In this document: positions 1 through 4,479 of the stretch, piece after piece
How the letters are laid out: each line of letters starts with the position of its first letter
Numbering within the stretch: the stretch's first letter is position 1
From: a virus
Taxonomy: Duplodnaviria; Heunggongvirae; Uroviricota; Caudoviricetes
Virus record (IMG/VR): IMGVR_UViG_2703718781_000003
DNA length: 4,479 nt
Strand: one strand, 5' to 3'
The notes under the pieces: model-generated
Databases searched by the model: none
Told to the model about the DNA's origin: nothing
Seen by the model: the letters and a program-made list of their open reading frames with translations, nothing else
Made by a program: the position numbers and the translations under genes

Positions 1-1
1 C

Positions 2-421
2 ACCACGGCATACCGTGATGGTGCGGGTATCTGGACCATCTGCCGCGGTGCCATCTTGGTGGATGGTAAACCTGTCGTTCCGGGCATGAAGTTGTCGAAG
101 GAAAAATGCGACCGGGTTAACGCCATTGAGCGTGATAAGGCGCTGGCATGGGTGGAGAAAAACATCAAAGTGCCGCTGACCGAACCCCAGAAAGCGGGGA
201 TCGCGTCATTCTGTCCGTACAACATTGGTCCCGGTAAGTGTTTCCCGTCGACGTTTTACAGACGAATTAATGCAGGTGATCGAAAAGGTGCCTGCGAAGC
301 GATTCGCTGGTGGATTAAGGACGGTGGCAGAGACTGCCGTATTCGTTCAAACAACTGTTACGGTCAGGTATCCCGTCGTGACCAGGAGAGCGCGCTGGCG
401 TGCTGGGGAATCGACAGATAA
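2..421 (+). CDS. Phage endolysin, lysozyme type (T4/P21-like, GH24-like), C-terminal portion; 5' end lies upstream of the window
   Basis: Frame 2 is open from the window edge to TAA at 419-421. Translation begins TTAYRDGAGIWTICRGA..., which resembles the catalytic Asp/Thr region of T4/P21-type phage lysozymes (P21 R has ...VGVWTVCHGHTG...). It is not similar to the lambda R transglycosylase. It sits immediately upstream of the Rz/Rz1 spanins. Confidence 0.85.
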   Translation, partial: TTAYRDGAGIWTICRGAILVDGKPVVPGMKLSKEKCDRVNAIERDKALAWVEKNIKVPLTEPQKAGIASFCPYNIGPGKCFPSTFYRRINAGDRKGACEAIRWWIKDGGRDCRIRSNNCYGQVSRRDQESALACWGIDR

Positions 422-577
422 GAAGAATATTTTGCTGAAAAATGAGGTTTGCTCACACGGACGGATAACACGAAATCCTGCGAACTGACAAAACCTAAGT
501 GAATAAAAGTAAAAACCACGTTTGTTGGCAGCAAGCGGGGTTTTGTGTTTCTGACCTTGGATAAGGCAAGGGAGAAC

Positions 578-760
578 ATGGAAAAGTATAAACGAATTCT
601 GTTGAGGTTGACTATGAAAAACGGCCTTGAACTGAAAGCGCCAGTAACTGATGACATCAGCAGAGCACAGGCTTTTGCTATTAAGTGGGTGGCGGTCGGT
701 ATTGCTGTGTCTCCGATGCTGTATGGGCTGGCAAAACTGGTCATTGCGTTGAAATCGTGA
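578..760 (+). CDS. Hypothetical small protein (60 aa) with a C-terminal hydrophobic, probably transmembrane, segment; inserted between endolysin and Rz
   Basis: ATG at 578 is preceded by a Shine-Dalgarno-like AAGGGAGAA 5 nt upstream; TGA stop at 758-760. The C-terminal stretch [22 protein letters not shown] is hydrophobic. It is co-oriented with the late operon. No homolog recognised by eye. Confidence 0.45.
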   Translation: MEKYKRILLRLTMKNGLELKAPVTDDISRAQAFAIKWVAVGIAVSPMLYGLAKLVIALKS

Positions 761-772
761 AGAGGATTAAAC

Positions 773-904
773 ATGTCAGACAAACTCATAATGCTGGCGA
801 AGATCCTCTGTGTAATCGTCGGCATTTCATTTTCACTAATGCTGGTTGCTCTTTTTCTTTCCATGGGCTGGATGATGTTATCTTCGTCGGGGCTGCTGGG
901 GTGA
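773..904 (+). CDS. Hypothetical small single-pass membrane peptide (43 aa)
   Basis: ATG at 773 is preceded by AAGAGGA 6-7 nt upstream; translation is [43 protein letters not shown], mostly hydrophobic. Its TGA stop (902-904) overlaps the GTG (901-903) that aligns with the lambda Rz start, a GTGA coupling arrangement. It is absent from the supplied ORF track, presumably because it is short. It is in the same frame as the 578-760 ORF, separated by one TGA. Confidence 0.4.
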   Translation: MSDKLIMLAKILCVIVGISFSLMLVALFLSMGWMMLSSSGLLG

Positions 905-1374
905 GCATAAACCGAATGCTTTCCGCGTTTACCGTTATTCTGCTGGTGGTCTGTGGTGCGCTTAGTCTGGGGCTGAATCATTACCGCGATAACGCCATCA
1001 CCTACAAAGCGCAGCGCGATAAAAAAGCCAGAGAGCTGGAGCTGGCAAACGCAACCATTACTGATATGCAGGTGCGCCAGCGCGATGTTGCTGCGCTCGA
1101 TGCAAAATACTCGAGGGAATTAGCCGATGCGAGAGCTGAAAATGAAACTCTGCGTGCTGATGTTGCCGCTGGTCGTAAGCGCCTGCGGATCAACGCCACC
1201 TGCTCCGGTACCGTGCGTGAAGCCACCGGCACCTCCGGCGTGGGCAATGATGCCGCCGTCGAACTCTCTCCGGTTGCTGGACGAAACGTTCTCGGTATCA
1301 GAGACGGAATCATCAGCGACCAGGCTGCATTGAGAATGCTTCAGGAATATATCCGTACTCAGTGTATTAACTAG
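901..1374 (+). CDS. Rz: Rz i-spanin (inner-membrane spanin subunit)
   Basis: Translation ...[52 protein letters not shown]... is near-identical to lambda Rz as remembered, with an N-terminal TM segment followed by a coiled-coil region. The start is assigned to GTG 901 because GTG-AGC aligns with the lambda Rz start ATG-AGC (MS...); the alternative start is ATG 916. Stop is TAG at 1372-1374. Confidence 0.88.
   Translation: MSINRMLSAFTVILLVVCGALSLGLNHYRDNAITYKAQRDKKARELELANATITDMQVRQRDVAALDAKYSRELADARAENETLRADVAAGRKRLRINATCSGTVREATGTSGVGNDAAVELSPVAGRNVLGIRDGIISDQAALRMLQEYIRTQCIN
1127..1333 (+). CDS. Rz1: Rz1 o-spanin (outer-membrane lipoprotein spanin subunit), embedded in the +1 frame of Rz
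   Basis: Translation [44 protein letters not shown]... matches lambda Rz1 (MLKLKMMLCVMMLPLVVVGC...CVKPPPPPAW...). It has a lipobox-like VSAC and a proline-rich mature region, and lies wholly inside Rz in a different frame. Confidence 0.82.
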   Translation: MRELKMKLCVLMLPLVVSACGSTPPAPVPCVKPPAPPAWAMMPPSNSLRLLDETFSVSETESSATRLH

Positions 1375-1397
1375 TATTTTTGTTATCCGGAGAATGC

Positions 1398-1622
1398 ATG
1401 AAGAAATTACTGGTAACCGTAAAGCCTTTTCAGGGAACAATTCCGTTCCGTATTTTGCAGCGTGGTCGTGTTCTTGTTGAAGGTTCGTTCAGTGGTAAAT
1501 GTACGCAATTACACTCCCGGACCTTTCAGGTGAATGCCACGAATGAAGAGCTAACCGTTGAGTGTACGATGAATGCCGCTAAATGCCGTATGGTATCGGC
1601 TGCATTACAGCCAGTGTGTTGA
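1398..1622 (+). CDS. Hypothetical small protein (74 aa, 4 Cys), moron-like gene between Rz1 and cos
   Basis: ATG at 1398 has GGAGA 6 nt upstream and sits 23 nt after the Rz stop. Translation is MKKLLVTVKPFQGTIPFRILQRGRVLVEGSFSGKCTQLHSRTFQVNATNEELTVECTMNAAKCRMVSAALQPVC. It shows no resemblance to lambda Bor. It occupies the Rz-to-cos interval, where lambda carries accessory genes such as bor. Confidence 0.5.
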   Translation: MKKLLVTVKPFQGTIPFRILQRGRVLVEGSFSGKCTQLHSRTFQVNATNEELTVECTMNAAKCRMVSAALQPVC

Positions 1623-1829
1623 GCGACCTTATTATCCATGCGCGGTATTGTCGCCGTATTCCCGTATTAACAGAGACCGCAGCCCGACAGGGAGACTCCT
1701 CTGCGCGAGTGTGCGGGGATAATCAAAAACGATACACACCGGGGTTTACCGCGTTAACGGAGCGCGGCGTTGTCCCCTCATGGTCGCTGGTCCGGTGCGA
1801 TGGTGGAAGAAACTGGACTTTGTTGCAAC

Positions 1830-1844
1830 TGATAATCATTATCA
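1830..1844. repeat. Perfect 15-bp palindrome TGATAATCATTATCA just upstream of cosQ
   Basis: TGATAAT-C-ATTATCA is its own reverse complement. The equivalent lambda right-end sequence (GATAATCATTATCAC) is, as remembered, essentially the same. Confidence 0.7.
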
Positions 1845-1851
1845 TTTTCAC

Positions 1852-1858
1852 GGGTCCT
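1852..1858 (+). other. cosQ-like element (GGGTCCT) about 24-30 bp upstream of the cosN nick region
   Basis: ACGGGTCCTTTCCGG matches the lambda right-end sequence preceding cosN. Placement of cosQ within this stretch is from memory of lambda and is approximate. Confidence 0.55.
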
Positions 1859-1881
1859 TTCCGGCGATCCGGGCCGTTACG

Positions 1882-1893
1882 GGGCGGCGACCT
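1882..1893 (+). other. cosN: 12-nt cohesive-end sequence GGGCGGCGACCT, identical to the lambda cohesive end
   Basis: The exact 12-mer GGGCGGCGACCT is present, preceded by GTTACG and followed by CGCGGGTTTTCGCTATTTATGAAAATTTTCCGG, which matches the lambda left end for about 33 nt. Confidence 0.9.
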
Positions 1894-1928
1894 CGCGGGT
1901 TTTCGCTATTTATGAAAATTTTCCGGGG

Positions 1929-2046
1929 AAAATCATGTCGGTACTTCTCGAACATAACTATTTGTTTTTTCTAATATCGAATCCGTAAAGGTCCGACATG
2001 AAAACGCCTGAAAAAGTCATTTTCGGGCACTTTCATGTCGGACCCT
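1929..2046 (+). other. cosB-like terminase small-subunit binding region with three R-like elements (core TCATGTCGG), distinct from lambda R sites
   Basis: Three copies of the core: AATCATGTCGGTAC at 1931-1944 (direct), GGTCCGACATGAAA at 1990-2003 (inverted) and TTTCATGTCGGACC at 2031-2044 (direct). The last two are perfect reverse complements. An AT-rich spacer (1945-1989) lies where lambda has the IHF site I1. The region is directly upstream of Nu1. Confidence 0.7.
1990..2044. repeat. Perfect 14-bp inverted repeat GGTCCGACATGAAA / TTTCATGTCGGACC with a 27-bp spacer (R2-like/R1-like pair)
   Basis: Read directly from the sequence; the two arms at 1990-2003 and 2031-2044 are exact reverse complements. 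Confidence 0.9.
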
Positions 2047-2068
2047 GTATTTGTTGTGAGACTGTTTC

Positions 2069-2588
2069 ATGAAGGTTAATAAAAAGAAACTTGCCGAAAT
2101 TTTCAAAGTGGATCCGCGAACGATTGAACGCTGGCAGTCTCAGGGGCTCCCTTGCGTCTCCGGAGGTGGTAAGGGCGTTGAATCTGTATTTGATACCGCC
2201 ACGGCAATTCAGTGGTATGCGCAGAGGGAAGCTGATATCGAAAATGAAAAACTCCGTAAAGAGGTTGAGGATTACAGGGCTGCCAGCGAGGCAGATCTCC
2301 AGCCTGGGACTATTGAGTACGAACGCCATCGACTTACGCGTGCGCAGGCTGACGCCCAGGAGCTGAAGAATGCCAGAGACTCCGCAGAAGTGGTGGAAAC
2401 CGCATTCTGTACTTTCGTGCTGTCACGGATCGCAGGTGAAATTGCCAGTATTCTTGACGGGATCCCTCTCTCAGTACAGCGGCGTTTTCCGGAACTGGAA
2501 AACCGACATGTTGATTTCCTGAAACGGGATATTATCAAAGCCATGAACAAAGCAGCCGCGCTGGATGAACTGATACCGGGGTTGCTGA

Positions 2589-2614
<26 letters not shown>
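2069..2614 (+). CDS. Nu1: Terminase small subunit (gpNu1 family); N-terminal DNA-binding domain diverged from lambda, C-terminal two thirds near-identical to lambda Nu1
   Basis: Translation [36 protein letters not shown]... then ...[60 protein letters not shown]...LSEYIEQSD. From ASEADLQPG onward it matches lambda Nu1 as remembered. TGA stop at 2612-2614. Confidence 0.95.

Positions 2615-4479
<1,865 letters not shown>

Noticed and set aside
685-915. Upstream extension of the Rz frame (229-aa ORF starting at GTG 685)
   Set aside because: The extension starts at an alternative start codon without an RBS, overlaps the two small ORFs, and has no counterpart in lambda Rz. Rz homology begins around 901-916.
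364-981. 205-aa ORF on the minus strand spanning the endolysin-Rz interval
   Set aside because: It is antisense to the late operon, overlaps the endolysin 3' end and the Rz 5' end, has no Shine-Dalgarno sequence upstream of its ATG, and its translation is Ser-rich and low-complexity-like. The + strand small ORFs with strong RBSs explain the region better.
1120-1440. Minus-strand ORFs 1002-1313 and 1120-1440
   Set aside because: They are antisense to the Rz/Rz1 coding region and have no independent support.
1375-1880. A Bor-like lipoprotein gene in the Rz-to-cos interval
   Set aside because: No ORF on either strand resembles lambda Bor (MKKMLLATALALLITGC...). The only plausible gene here is the unrelated 74-aa ORF at 1398-1622.
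1583-1974. ORFs 1583-1915 and 1780-1974 on the + strand
   Set aside because: They run through cosQ and cosN, so they would be split in the packaged linear genome. They lack an RBS, and the sequence there matches non-coding lambda cos-flanking DNA.
2033-2550. Minus-strand ORFs 2033-2329 and 2272-2550, and + strand ORF 2091-2366
   Set aside because: They lie within or antisense to the well-supported Nu1 gene and are most likely frame artefacts.

Overview
This window is a lambda-like (lambdoid) phage or prophage late region, with every supportable gene on the + strand. In order: the 3' end of a lysozyme-type endolysin (2-421), a ~480 bp insertion carrying two small membrane-protein ORFs (578-760, 773-904), the Rz/Rz1 spanin pair (901-1374, with Rz1 embedded at 1127-1333), a small unknown ORF (1398-1622), the cos packaging site (cosQ-like ~1852-1858, cosN 1882-1893, cosB ~1929-2046), terminase small subunit Nu1 (2069-2614), terminase large subunit A (2589-4295, interrupted by an 83-nt N run at 3210-3292) and the 5' part of head-tail joining protein W (4292 to the window end). 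Comparisons to lambda are from memory of the lambda sequence and proteins, not from a database search. The parts that look non-canonical are the two small ORFs inserted between endolysin and Rz, the small ORF between Rz1 and cos, and a cosB plus Nu1 N-terminal segment that differs from lambda while flanked by lambda-like sequence. No tRNA, rRNA, CRISPR array or transposase was seen.
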